Assembly (NCBI GenBank): GCA_963754865.1
Contig: CAVWHG010000017.1
Location: 77,089 to 141,088 of the forward strand
From: an uncultured delta proteobacterium
GTDB taxonomy: Bacteria > Desulfobacterota > Desulfobulbia > Desulfobulbales > Desulfocapsaceae
Direction of reading: 5' to 3'
DNA: 64,000 nucleotides
A model generated the notes under the pieces. The model ran no database searches, had not been told where the DNA came from, and saw only the letters and a program-made list of their open reading frames with translations. This document shows, piece by piece, positions 29,365 through 40,831 of the stretch (positions within the stretch are counted from its first letter, which is position 1; the number at the start of each line of letters is the position of its first letter). Made by a program: the position numbers and the translations under genes.

Positions 29365-32300
29365 ATGTCGCCACGTCAGCCGCATCCAACACTCGCCTCA
29401 CTCCTTTTGGGCCTGGATTACCGGATACTCCATGTCCCCATTGAAAACTCCCAAAGTGACCTGCCAATCACCGCTATAACAGCCGACTCCCGTATAATCT
29501 CTTCCGGGGCTCTTTTTGTGGCGATTTCTGGTGTTGAAAAGGATGGTCACGATTACCTCGAAAAGGCGGCAGCGAGTGGCTGTGTAGCCTTGCTTTGCGA
29601 AGGGGGGCGAATCAGCGAGACTCGGTTGAAGAATCTCAATGCTGTGGTTATTGAGGTGGCTGATAGTCGTCTTGCATATGCTGTGGCAGCTGCAAATTTT
29701 TTTCATCGACCAGCGGATAAACTTTCTTGTATTGGCGTGACAGGGACCAACGGCAAAACCACCATCACCTATTTATTTGAGCAAATATTTTTGCAAAACG
29801 GTCGGAATGTCGGCGTCATAGGTACAGTAAATAACCGCTATACCCTGAAAACCGGCGAGCAAGTGGTGCTCAGCACGCGGTTCACCACCCCTGAAGCCTT
29901 TATCCTGCAGCAGCTGCTGGCGGAAATGGTCGATGCCGGTGTTGAGTATGTGATTATGGAGGTATCATCGCACGCCTTGGCTCAGGCAAGAATAGGAGGC
30001 ATTGTCTTTGAGGCCGCCGCCTTCACCAATCTGACCCGTGATCACCTTGACTATCATCCGGATATGTCAACCTACTTGCAGGCCAAGACGAAACTCTTCA
30101 ACGAATACCTCAAACCCGGCGGGGCAGCTGTCTTGCCGGTGCCAAAAGATGACAGTGGCGATTGGAGCTGGCTGCAGCCGCTGCATGAGTTGTGCAAAAA
30201 GACTGGAAAACGAATTATCGGCTGGGGAGAAAATGAACACGCCGAGGTACGCCTGCTGAGTTTTGCGTCAGGCCTTGATCGTACGGATCTTGTCATAGAG
30301 ACCCCATCCGGCGTGCATACTTTTTCAAGCCCGCTCGTCGGCAGATTTAACGTTGAGAATATTCTTACCGTTTACGGGCTTTGTCTGGCAATGGAGATTA
30401 ATGAAAAATTGATCTGTAAAGCTTTAAGTTCGGCGATTGGCGCTCCCGGCAGACTGGAAAGGGTCTCTGTCGGATCAGCCTGGAATTCGCTGGGCCCAGT
30501 GGTTTTAGTCGATTACGCCCATTCGCCGGACGCCCTGGAGAAGGTGCTGCGGACCGCCAAGGCTTTGCCGCACCGAGAGCTTTTCTGTGTTTTTGGCTGC
30601 GGTGGTGACAGGGATACCGGCAAGCGTCCTCTCATGGGCGAAATCGCGGCAAGGCTGTGCGATGTCGTCGTCGTTACCGACGACAATCCTCGAACCGAGG
30701 ACCCCGACAAAATAGTTGCGCAGGTTATTGCCGGAATTGTTCCGCTTTTCGGAGAGACTAAAAACAGCCAATGGCTAGTGCTTCGAGGCCGCAAAGAAAA
30801 TGGTTGTACCGTTATCAGGGACCGGAAGAGCGCTATTGAACAGGCAATCAGGGCAGCGGGTTCGGAGGATATCATCATCATCGCCGGTAAAGGACATGAA
30901 ACCTATCAGCTGACCTTCCAGGGCAAGCGATTTTTTGATGATCGAATTGAGGCGAAAAACGCCCTTTTATCTTGGACTGACAAGCTCGTTGCTACGGCCG
31001 TCGGCGGCACCTTGCAGCCCGGCAACGAGGGCGGTGGCTTGCTGGGCCAGGTGCTTACCGATAGCCGGGTGAGTAGCTTGCATGGGATCTTTGTTGCTTT
31101 GAAAGGAGAAAATCACGATGCCCATGATTTTCTCGAGCAGGCGGTGGTAAACGGCGCATCATGCCTTGTTGTCGAACGTGTGCCGACCACATTGTCGCGC
31201 TCCGATGTAAGCATAATCGTTGTCGCCGACACACAGCGGGCTCTTGGTGATATGGCCGGATACCGGCGACGACAGTTAGCAGCCATTTGCGAACAACGGG
31301 TTATCGGTATCACCGGCAGCTGCGGCAAAACCACGGTCAAGGAGATGGTTACGGCAATCCTTGCCCGGAAATGGCCGGCCGGGCCGGATCATCCGGATAA
31401 CGCTGTTCTCAAGACGCAAGGGAATTTTAATAACCTCATCGGCCTGCCCTTGTCCCTATTGCCCCTTTCTGCTAATAATCGGGCGGTGGTGCTGGAAATG
31501 GGCATGAATCGACCGGGGGAATTGCTCAGGCTTGCTGCAATAGCCGATCCCGATATCAGCTGCATAACCAATATTCATGGAGCCCATCTTGAGGGTTTGG
31601 GCTCGATCGAGGGGGTCGCTCGGGCAAAAGAAGAGCTTTTTGCCGCGACGAAGCCGTCGGCCACCCTCATCGTCAACCTTGATGATCCATGGGTTTCTCG
31701 GCTCATAGGGAATTACCGGCAGAAAAAATTGACCTTTGCGGCAAGCGGTGGACGAATGTTGGAAAAGCCGGATTTCTGGGCATCGGACATTTTTTTTGAG
31801 GCCGGTGGGGTAATCACCTTCACCCTGCACTTTCGACTGCAGTCCGTGCCTATTCATCTTTTTACCGCCGGTGAGCATAATGTCGCCAATGCCCTTGCCG
31901 CTGCGGCCATTGCCACTGCAGCAGGGGCGGATCTTGTCGAGATTGTCGCCGGACTCGGAGATTATCGCCCTCCCGCCAAACGTATGGAGATGCTTCGCAG
32001 TAAGTTCGGCTTTACCGTATTGAATGATACTTATAACGCCAATCCAGGCTTCAATGGCTGCGGGTTTAAAAACCCTCAAGCAGCTCGATGCAAAGAACGC
32101 TGTGGCAATTATCGGCGATATGCGGGAACTCGGCGAAACCTCTCGACAGGCGCACTTGGCTATCGGCAGGTTGATTGCCGAACTGGCCATTGAACATGTC
32201 GGAATTGTAGGAGAATTTAAGAATGATGTGCAAGAGGGAGCACTCTCAGCCGGGCTTGCCCCAGGAGAGGCTTCATACCTTTACCGACAAGGACGAGGCG

Positions 32301-32426
32301 GTGGCTTGGATAAAAGATATGGTTGCTGCAAAAAAGCTTGGAAAAGATGATCTGATCCTGGTAAAGGCATCCCGTAGTCTACGGTTTGAAACCATAGTGG
32401 AAAAACTCCTTGAGGGAGACGTCTGA
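29365..32426 (+). CDS. murE-murF: MurE-MurF fusion protein (frameshifts only near the 3' end)
   Basis: One frame holds MurE ([33 protein letters not shown]) and MurF (TDSR, GITGSCGKTT, GNFNNLIG, LEMGM, NDTYNANP); KASR at end. Confidence 0.9.
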
Positions 32427-32485
32427 TTAAAGACGTTGGGCTTTCTCGTTATCTCAAACACTCTACCTGGTGAGTCTCTTCGGTT

Positions 32486-33568
32486 ATGTTGTATCATCTT
32501 CTCTATCCCCTCCATAATAGCCTGAATATTTTAAATGTTTTTCGCTATATTACCTTCAGATCGATTGGCGCGGCAGTCACTGCTTTCCTTGATTGTGGTA
32601 ATTTTCGGACCGATGTTTATCAGGACCATGCGTTATTTCCAGATCGGCCAGGTCATTCGTGATGACGGACCGGCAACGCATATTGCCAAAACAAGGGGTT
32701 CCGACCATGGGCGGGCTGCTGATTATTGCCGCAATAACCATCGGAACATTGCTGTGGGCCCGTCTTGATAACATGTTGGTGTGGCTTGGTGTCTTTATCA
32801 CCCTGTTTTATGGGGCGATTGGTTTTATTGATGATTATCGCAAGGTAAAGAAAGAATAATTCCAAAGGATTAAGTGCTAAGGGAAAGTTGATTTTGCAAC
32901 TCATCGGCGCCGCTGTTGTCGGCATTGCCATCTATTTGCATCCGGCCTTCGACGGGCACCTGAGCTTTCCCTTCTTTAAGAACCTTCGCCCTGATCTCGG
33001 TTGGTTTTATGTGGTTTTTGCCGTTCTGGTCATTGTCGGTTCCTCGAATGCAGTCAACCTCACCGACGGACTGGATGGCCTTGCCGCCGGACCAACCGTG
33101 GTGACCGCCGCCGTCTATCTGGTTTTTTCCTATCTGGCTGGCCATGTGGTTCTCGCCGATTATCTGCAGTTACCCTATGTGGCGGGAAGCGGTGAGTTGG
33201 CAATTTTTTGCGGCACGATTGTCGGGGCGTGTCTCGGTTTTCTCTGGTTTAACGCCTATCCGGCCCAGATGTTCATGGGCGATGTCGGTGCCCTTGCCCT
33301 TGGTGGTGCCCTCGGTTCCATTGCCATTATCATCAAGCAGGAATTTCTCCTGGCGATTGTCGGCGGAATCTTTGTCATGGAGGCCTTGTCGGTTATCATG
33401 CAGGTTGGATATTTTAAATTCACCAACGGCAAACGGATTTTTCTCATGGCCCCCTTTCACCACCATTTTGAAAAGAAAGGCTGGCATGAACCGAAGGTCG
33501 TTGTGCGATTTTGGATTGTCTCGATTATTCTCGGCCTGTTTGCCATAGCCACCCTGAAGCTGCGATGA
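32486..33568 (+). CDS. mraY: Phospho-MurNAc-pentapeptide transferase (frameshifted)
   Basis: [41 protein letters not shown]. Confidence 0.94.
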
Positions 33569-34959
33569 AAAAAGCAATAGATGATATCTTCCGGCACAAA
33601 AGTTGGCAATTCTCGGACTCGGCATTTCCGGTCGGGCTGCGGTGAAATACGCTTTGCAGTGTGGTGCCGAGGTGCGGGTATCCGACAATCGACCGGAACA
33701 GCGCTTTGTTGCTGAAGAAGGAGAGTTTCTGGCGGCAACCGGAGTCATCTGGGAGGCAGGTGGCCATACCTATGATTTTTTACGTCAGGTGGATCTTGTC
33801 CTCCTGAGCCCCGGGGTGGATCTTGCCTTGCCGCTTATTCGAAACGCTGCAGGATGCAGGGGTGCAGATGGCCGGTGAGCTGGCGGTGGCTGCCGGGGAA
33901 CTACACGTACCGGTTGTCGCGATCACCGGGACCAATGGGAAAACCACGGTGACTACCCTTATCGGCGAGCTTTTGGCGGCTTCGGGGAAGAGGGTGTTCG
34001 TCGGCGGCAATATCGGTACACCTCTTTATGAATTTCTCTGCCGTCCGGAAGAGTATGACATGGTTGTCGTCGAGGTTTCCAGCTTTCAGCTCGAAAGCGC
34101 CGGAAACTTTGCCCCTGATGTTGGGGTCTTACTGAATATTACTCCCGATCATCTCGACCGACATGGCAGTCTTGAGGAATATGGTCGGGTGAAGATGCAA
34201 CTTTTTGCCCATCAAAAAAAGAGTGATCTGGCGGTCATTAATGGCGATGATTCCCTCTGCCGTGCATTGTCCGCAGATTTGCCGGGCGATGTTCAAACCT
34301 TTGGCGCTGCGAGACAATGACACGGCAGTCATCAAAGGCCAGATGATTTGCCTGACTCTATCTGGAAAAACGGAAGAATATCCTCTTGCCGGTACAGCAC
34401 TAGCCAATAGTGTCGGACTGAAAAACAGCGCTGCGGCAATACTTGCCGTTCGCCGGCTCGGCTGCACACCGGAACAGGTTCTGCAGAGGGTTGCGGGAAT
34501 TTCGCCTGCTGCCGCACCGGATAGAGTTTGTTGCTGAAGTCGATGGCGTACGCTACTATAATGATTCGAAAGCCACCAACACCGGTGCAGTACTCGGAGC
34601 TTTGCAGCAGTTTCCCGGTAATGTTATCCTTCTAGCCGGGGGCCGTGATAAAGGTGATGATTACCGCTTGCTGCGGGAAGCGGTTTCGGAGCGGGTGCGG
34701 CAACTGGTAGTGCTAGGTGAGGCTGCGGTTTTATTGGAGAAGGCTCTGGCCGATGTGGTGGAAATTATACCGGCACAGTCGATGCACGAGCGCGGTAGCT
34801 CTTGCTGCCGGGACGGCAAGGCCGGGTGATGTTGTGTTGCTTTCTCCGGCATGCGCCAGTTTTGATATGTTTACCAGTTATGGACACCGCGGCAATGAAT
34901 TTAAAAAAGAAGTGCTAAGCTTGCAGGCAGCTCGGAAAAACGATTCTGGGGAGCGGTAA
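33565..34959 (+). CDS. murD: UDP-MurNAc-L-Ala:D-Glu ligase (frameshifted)
   Basis: [46 protein letters not shown]. Confidence 0.93.
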
Positions 34960-34962
34960 TAA

Positions 34963-36090
34963 TTGCAAGGAAAACTGTCAAATATCCGGCTGCTCCTGAC
35001 CGGCGGTGGAACGGGTGGACATCTTTTTCCGGCCGTGGCCGCTGCCCAGGAATTTCTACGGCAGATGCCGGAAACCCAGGTTCTTTTTGTCGGCACACGA
35101 AGGAAAGTGGATATCAGAAGCCTTGAAGCCTATGGTTTTGCCAGTGACAATATTCGCTGCTCCGGCTTGAAGGGCAAGAATCCCTGGGAACTCCTCAAGG
35201 CGATTGCTGTACTGCCGGTTTCTTTTTATCAGGCAGGGAGGATTATTCGCCGCTTTCGACCGAACATTATCCTCGGTGTTGGTGGTTATGTTACCGGGCC
35301 GGTTGTGGTTGCCGGGAAAATTCTTGGGATTCCAACGGTTATCCACGAACAGAATTCTGTTCCGGGACTGGCGAACAGAAAACTTGGCTCTTTTGTCGAC
35401 AGGGTGTGTCTGTCCCTGCCTGGAAGCGGGGGCGATTTTCCCGGAGAAAAAATAACCTATACCGGTAATCCGGTGCGCAGCAATATCTTGAATTGGCTAA
35501 GAATGTATCTCTGCAAAGGAGTGGAAATGGCAAGAGAACCCTGCTGGTGCTTGGTGGCAGTCAAGGGGCCCAGGCGGTCAACAGGCTGGTGTCTGAGGGT
35601 TTGCAAAAACTTGCCGGATACTATCCTTGCGGGTCTTCGAGTGATTCACCAAACTGGGGAACAGGATTTTGAGGATATCCAAACAACTGTATGCTGATCG
35701 AGGAATTGAGTCCCTGGTTCAGCCTTTTTTTGCCGATATGGCGGAAATTTATAGCCAGGCCGATCTGCTGGTATCCCGAGCCGGGGCCACGACTCTTGCG
35801 GAAATTGCCGTGTTGGGAAAACCGGCCATCCTCATTCCCTATCCCTTCGGCCGCCGACAATCATCAGGAAAAAAACGCGCAACCATTATGCGGCGGCAGG
35901 TGGAGCGATTGTACTCAGGCAAAACGAGTTGACCGGCGAACAAGCTCGCCGATGATATCCGACAACTGATGGGCGATGACGATAAGCTGATCGCGCTATG
36001 GGCACGGCCATGAAAAGGCTGGCATTTCCTGATGCAGCAGAAAAAATTGTGGCTTGTTGTCTACAGGTTATGGAGATGAAGGGTAACTGA
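34963..36090 (+). CDS. murG: MurG glycosyltransferase (frameshifted)
   Basis: [32 protein letters not shown]. Confidence 0.93.
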
Positions 36091-37488
36091 TGTATAGAAA
36101 AACGAAACATATTCATTTTGTCGGAATTGGCGGTATCGGCATGAGCGGTATTGCCGAATTGTTGCTCAATCTTGGTTATAAGGTGTCGGGGTCGGATCTG
36201 CACAGCACCGGTATCACCAAGAATCTTGTCCGCCTGGGGGGCAATATATATCAAGGACATGACGGTGCGTGGATCGACGGAGCAAGCGTCGTGGTGACCT
36301 CTTCGGCAATTTCTCCTGATAATCCGGAGGTGGTAAAGGCCAAGGAAAGCAACATTCCGGTGATCATGCGGGCAGAGATGCTTGCCGAATTGATGCGCCT
36401 GAAAAAATATGGAATTGCCATTGCCGGCAGTCATGGCAAGACCTCGACCACGTCGATGGTCAGCTGGATGCTCTCCCATGCCGGCCTTGATCCGACCATC
36501 GTCATCGGCGGCAAGGTTGATGCCCTCGGCGGCAATGCCAAACTTGGTGAAGGGGAGTTTCTGGTGGCCGAGGCCGATGAGAGCGACGGTTCTTTTCTGA
36601 AGTTGTCACCGGTGCTCGAGGTTATTACCAATATTGATCTTGAACATCTCGATTATTATCGGGATCTTGATCATATCAAAGAGACCTTTCTGCAATTCAT
36701 CGACAAGATTCCCTTTTACGGTGCAGCAATTATCTGTCTGGATGATCCGAGTATTGCCGATATTCTTCCCGCTCATCAAAAAGAGGATCATCACCTACGG
36801 ATTGACGCCGCAGTCCGATCTTTACGGAGAGAATATTACCTGGCAAGATGGACGGGTACATTTCACGGTAAAAAATGGGGCAGGTGAGTTGGGAAGCCTG
36901 CATATTGCGCCACCGGGAATCCACAATGTCTACAATGCCCTGGCCGTTGTCTGTGTCGGGCTGGAACTGGAACTGCCTTTTGCAAAAATCCAGGGTGCTC
37001 TGCAAAGTTTTGCCGGGGTGCAGCGTCGAATGCAGAAGAAAGGTGAGGTCGACGGCATTACCGTCGTCGATGATTATGGCCACCATCCTACGGAAATTCG
37101 GGCGACTCTTGCGGCAATAAAACAGGCATGGCCGGAAAAACGGTTGGTGGTTCTTGTTCCAGCCGCATCGCTATTCACGAACCAAGGCACTCTTTAAAGA
37201 GTTTCAGACCTGTTTTCACAAGGCCGATTACCTCGTTATGACCGATATCTATGCGGCCAGTGAACAACCTCTGGAGGGTGTAACCAGTGAGAGTCTGCTG
37301 GCTGCCACCATGCTTCACGGGCAACGCAATACGCGTTATATCGGCAAAGTTGGCAGAAATGGCCGGGGAGTTGCTGCCGATACTCAGAAAAGGGGATTTG
37401 GTGTTGACCTTGGGGGCCGGAAATATTGTCAGGGTAGGAGAAGACGTTACTCAATCTGCTTGAAGAACAGCACGGAAAGCAAGGGTGA
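36090..37488 (+). CDS. murC: UDP-MurNAc:L-Ala ligase (frameshifted)
   Basis: [45 protein letters not shown]. Confidence 0.94.
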
Positions 37489-38411
37489 ATCTGGAGCAGA
37501 AAAAAAGACTTGATGGAACTGGTTTCACAACCGGTGCAATGGCAGTGTAGCCTGTCCCATTACACTTCGTTTGCCATAGGTGGGCCGGCTGAGGCAATGG
37601 TTCAAGTAGATCAGCTCAGGGAGTTGCAACCGCTCCTGGCGTTTTTTGCCGAAGAGGATATCCCCTGGCGGATTATTGGCAAAGGTACCAATCTGCTGGT
37701 TCGGGATGAAGGATTTCCCGGGGTCATTCTGCGTCTCGGCGGGGAATTGGCTGCTGTTGCCGAGGAGGACGGTGGTGGTGGTTCGATTATTGTGCGAATC
37801 GGTGGTGGAGGCAGCTTTGCCAGGCTTTCCCGGCGCTGTTCGGAAGGAGGCCTGACCGGTTTGGAGTTTGGCTGTGGCATTCCCGGAACGGTAGGTGGGG
37901 CGGTTATTATGAATGCCGGGGCATGGGGCCGAGATATCGCCTCAGTCCTGCGCGGTGTGACGCCTGGTGACAGCCGATGGGGAGATCATCTTTCTCTCCG
38001 GGGCATCTCGATTTTGCCTATCGTTGTTGGAAAGGTTTTGCAGTGTATCAGGGTAAGGGCGGTGGTTGCCGGGGTGGAATTGGTGTTAAAGCAGAGGCGA
38101 CCGGTTGGCAATCTTGGCCTATTGCAAATCGTTGCAAGACAAAAGGAAGGCGACCCAACCAAGTGAATACGCCAGTGCCGGGTCTTTTTTTAAAAATCCG
38201 CCTGGCGACAGTGCCGGCAGACTGATAGAGGCCAGCGGCCTGAAGGGACTGAGGGTGGGTGCTGCGATGGTATCCGAGCGACATGGCGAATTTTCTTGTT
38301 AATACCGGTGGCGCAACTGCTGCCGATGTATTCCGGCTTATGAAAATTGTTCAGGATAGAGTGCAAAATGATAGTAGTGTTTGCCTCGAGCCTGAAGTAC
38401 ATTTTATTTGA
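37485..38411 (+). CDS. murB: UDP-N-acetylenolpyruvoylglucosamine reductase (frameshifted)
   Basis: [37 protein letters not shown]. Confidence 0.92.
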
Positions 38412-39421
38412 TGAAAACGATGCTGCTTACCAGACTGAAAAAGTCATTGATGCGTCTACTTCGCAAAAAGAAACCCGGCTACGCGAATTTCTCAAGCGAT
38501 GTGCATATACGTGGTGCTGCGGCTGAGACAAGTCACTATAAACCTCGGCTGCATCGTCTGGCAAAGATAAGGCAGCGAATACAGGGGAAGAAAAGAGAAT
38601 ATCAGGAAGAATACAGCCAGCCGGTGAGCAGGAAAAAAAGGTATGTCGGATTTGTCGTGTTGGTTCTGGTAGTTCTGACGTTGCCGTTGGCATGGACTTA
38701 TGGCGGCGGAGAGAAAGTCCGCCAGGGCCTACAATCGATTGCATTCTTTAAGGTGGCTAAGATAGAGATTGCCGGTTGCACGGCTGTTTCCAAAGAGAAA
38801 ATTCTGGTGGTTTCGGGAATTGTTCCCCATCAAACAAGCCTTCTTACCCTTCAGGGTTCGCAGATTGAGACCCGTATCGCCGCCATGCCGTGGGTAGCCC
38901 GGGCAACAGTAAAGAGGAGCTGGCCGGCTAAAATTCTCATAGCAATCGAAGAAAACGCCCCGATAGCCCTGCTGCATTTGCCGAGTGCTGAGGGAATGCA
39001 ATTGCAGTATCTTGATGCCAACGGAATCGCCTTTTCTTCAGTTAATCCGGGGGCTGATATTGATTTTCCGGTGGTTACCGGTTTGACCGAGATCACTGAC
39101 CCACAGCTGAAAGAAAAGGTGCTTGCGGAGATTTTAACGTTTCTACGCAAGGTACAAGGTAACGACCCGCATTTGCCGGCCCACTCGGTTTCTGAATTGC
39201 ATGCTACCAAATCCGGTGAATTGGTGGTCTATCTTGTCGAATACCCGTTTCCAATTTTTTTTGGAAATGGTAACACTAAGGTCAAATATTCGAGGTTAAT
39301 TCAGGTACTCAGGACACTCTATAAGAAACAAAACGGCAAGGAATTGCTGTCTCAGATTGAATATATCCAGATGGATTACTTGAATGATAAGGTGCTCGTG
39401 GTAGAGAGCGGCTCGGGGTAA
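38411..39421 (+). CDS. ftsQ: Cell division protein FtsQ
   Basis: TM plus POTRA (PWVARATVKRSWP..I.IEE); position before ftsA. Confidence 0.85.
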   Translation: MKTMLLTRLKKSLMRLLRKKKPGYANFSSDVHIRGAAAETSHYKPRLHRLAKIRQRIQGKKREYQEEYSQPVSRKKRYVGFVVLVLVVLTLPLAWTYGGGEKVRQGLQSIAFFKVAKIEIAGCTAVSKEKILVVSGIVPHQTSLLTLQGSQIETRIAAMPWVARATVKRSWPAKILIAIEENAPIALLHLPSAEGMQLQYLDANGIAFSSVNPGADIDFPVVTGLTEITDPQLKEKVLAEILTFLRKVQGNDPHLPAHSVSELHATKSGELVVYLVEYPFPIFFGNGNTKVKYSRLIQVLRTLYKKQNGKELLSQIEYIQMDYLNDKVLVVESGSG

Positions 39422-39428
39422 AAGAGAA

Positions 39429-40715
39429 ATGGATGAAAAGAAAGAAATCGCGGTGATCGAAGAAACCGATGCCGACAGTCCGAAAAAGGCTGGCTCGCAC
39501 AGGCATGAGCAAGGAGAACTGGTGGTCGGCCTTGACATCGGAACAACCAAAATATGCTGTGTCGTCGGCGAAATGTTCGAAGATCGAATCGAAATTATCG
39601 GCGTCGGCACAGTGCCCTCGAAGGGTTTGAAAAAAGGCGTTGTGGTCAATATCGAAAGCACGGTTAACTCCATTCGCCAGGCAGTAATGCTGGCTGAGGA
39701 ATCGGCCGGTTGCGATCTCCGCGCTGTATACGTGTATGTCGGCATTGCCGGAAACCACATTAAAGGATTCAACAGTCCTGGTATTCTGGCAATTAATAAC
39801 CGCGAAATCAAACAGGCGGATATTGAAGAGGTAGTTGCTGCTGCGCGAACTGTGAAGATCTCCGAGAACCAGCGGATCATTCATGTAATGCCGCAGGAAT
39901 ACATGGTGGACGACCACACCGGTATTCAGAATCCGATAGGTATGACCGGCGTTCGACTGGTTACCAATGTGCATATCGTGACGGCTGATATCGGTGCTGT
40001 CCATAATTTGGTAACATGTTGTAATAAGGCAGGTTTGGAGGTTGCTGAGCTGGTTCTCGAGTCGATTGCCTCGGCCAGTGCGGTTCTCAGCAAGGATGAA
40101 ATGGAGCTGGGTGTCGTCCTTGTCGATATCGGTGGCGGCACGACCGATCTGGCGGTTTTTTGTGATGGCACCATCCGGCACACTTGTGAGATTGGCCTTG
40201 GCGGTCACAATCTCACGAATGACCTGTCAGTTGGTCTGCGCACCCCCTTGCAGGACGCCGAACGTTTAAAAGAAGACTTTGGTGGAGCCATTTCTTCGGT
40301 GGTAAAGCCGAATTTCGTAGTTGATGTTCCCACGGTTGGTGACCGTGAACCGAGGAAGGTAACGCAAAAGGTGTTGGTCGATATTCTCGAAGCAAGGGTT
40401 ATTGAAATCCTTGAAATTCTTGATCGAGAATTGATCGCTTCGGGGCAAAAGAATAAAATCAATGGCGGTGTGGTCCTGACTGGAGGCACGGCTCTATTGG
40501 CCAATATAGTGGAGCTTGCGGAGCAGATTTTCGATTTGCCGGTTCGGATTGGATATCCCAGCGGACTGACTGGAAAAGTTGAGGAATTGAATAATCCTCG
40601 TTGCACAACGGCGGCGGGACTCGTGATTTTTGGTAGAAAAAAGCAACGCGAGATGGGCCGACAAGATACCGGTGTTTTCAGCAGGGTGCGCGATTGGATA
40701 AAAAAAATCATGTGA
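39429..40715 (+). CDS. ftsA: Cell division protein FtsA
   Basis: GLDIGTTKI, DIGGGTTD, AERLK, VLTGG. Confidence 0.97.
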   Translation: MDEKKEIAVIEETDADSPKKAGSHRHEQGELVVGLDIGTTKICCVVGEMFEDRIEIIGVGTVPSKGLKKGVVVNIESTVNSIRQAVMLAEESAGCDLRAVYVYVGIAGNHIKGFNSPGILAINNREIKQADIEEVVAAARTVKISENQRIIHVMPQEYMVDDHTGIQNPIGMTGVRLVTNVHIVTADIGAVHNLVTCCNKAGLEVAELVLESIASASAVLSKDEMELGVVLVDIGGGTTDLAVFCDGTIRHTCEIGLGGHNLTNDLSVGLRTPLQDAERLKEDFGGAISSVVKPNFVVDVPTVGDREPRKVTQKVLVDILEARVIEILEILDRELIASGQKNKINGGVVLTGGTALLANIVELAEQIFDLPVRIGYPSGLTGKVEELNNPRCTTAAGLVIFGRKKQREMGRQDTGVFSRVRDWIKKIM

Positions 40716-40831
40716 TTGTTACGTTTTTTGTTTGAGGGTCACTCGCAGGGTGCTATATACTGAGGTGATAATATTCTAGTTTTATTACCATATTGGTGAT
40801 GCGATTCCAAAGAGTTGAGTAGGGGGTAACC

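Noticed and set aside
15219-38411. Programmed frameshifting or mass pseudogenisation of housekeeping genes
   Set aside because: The indels are numerous and scattered, with no consistent slippery motif; sequencing error is simpler.
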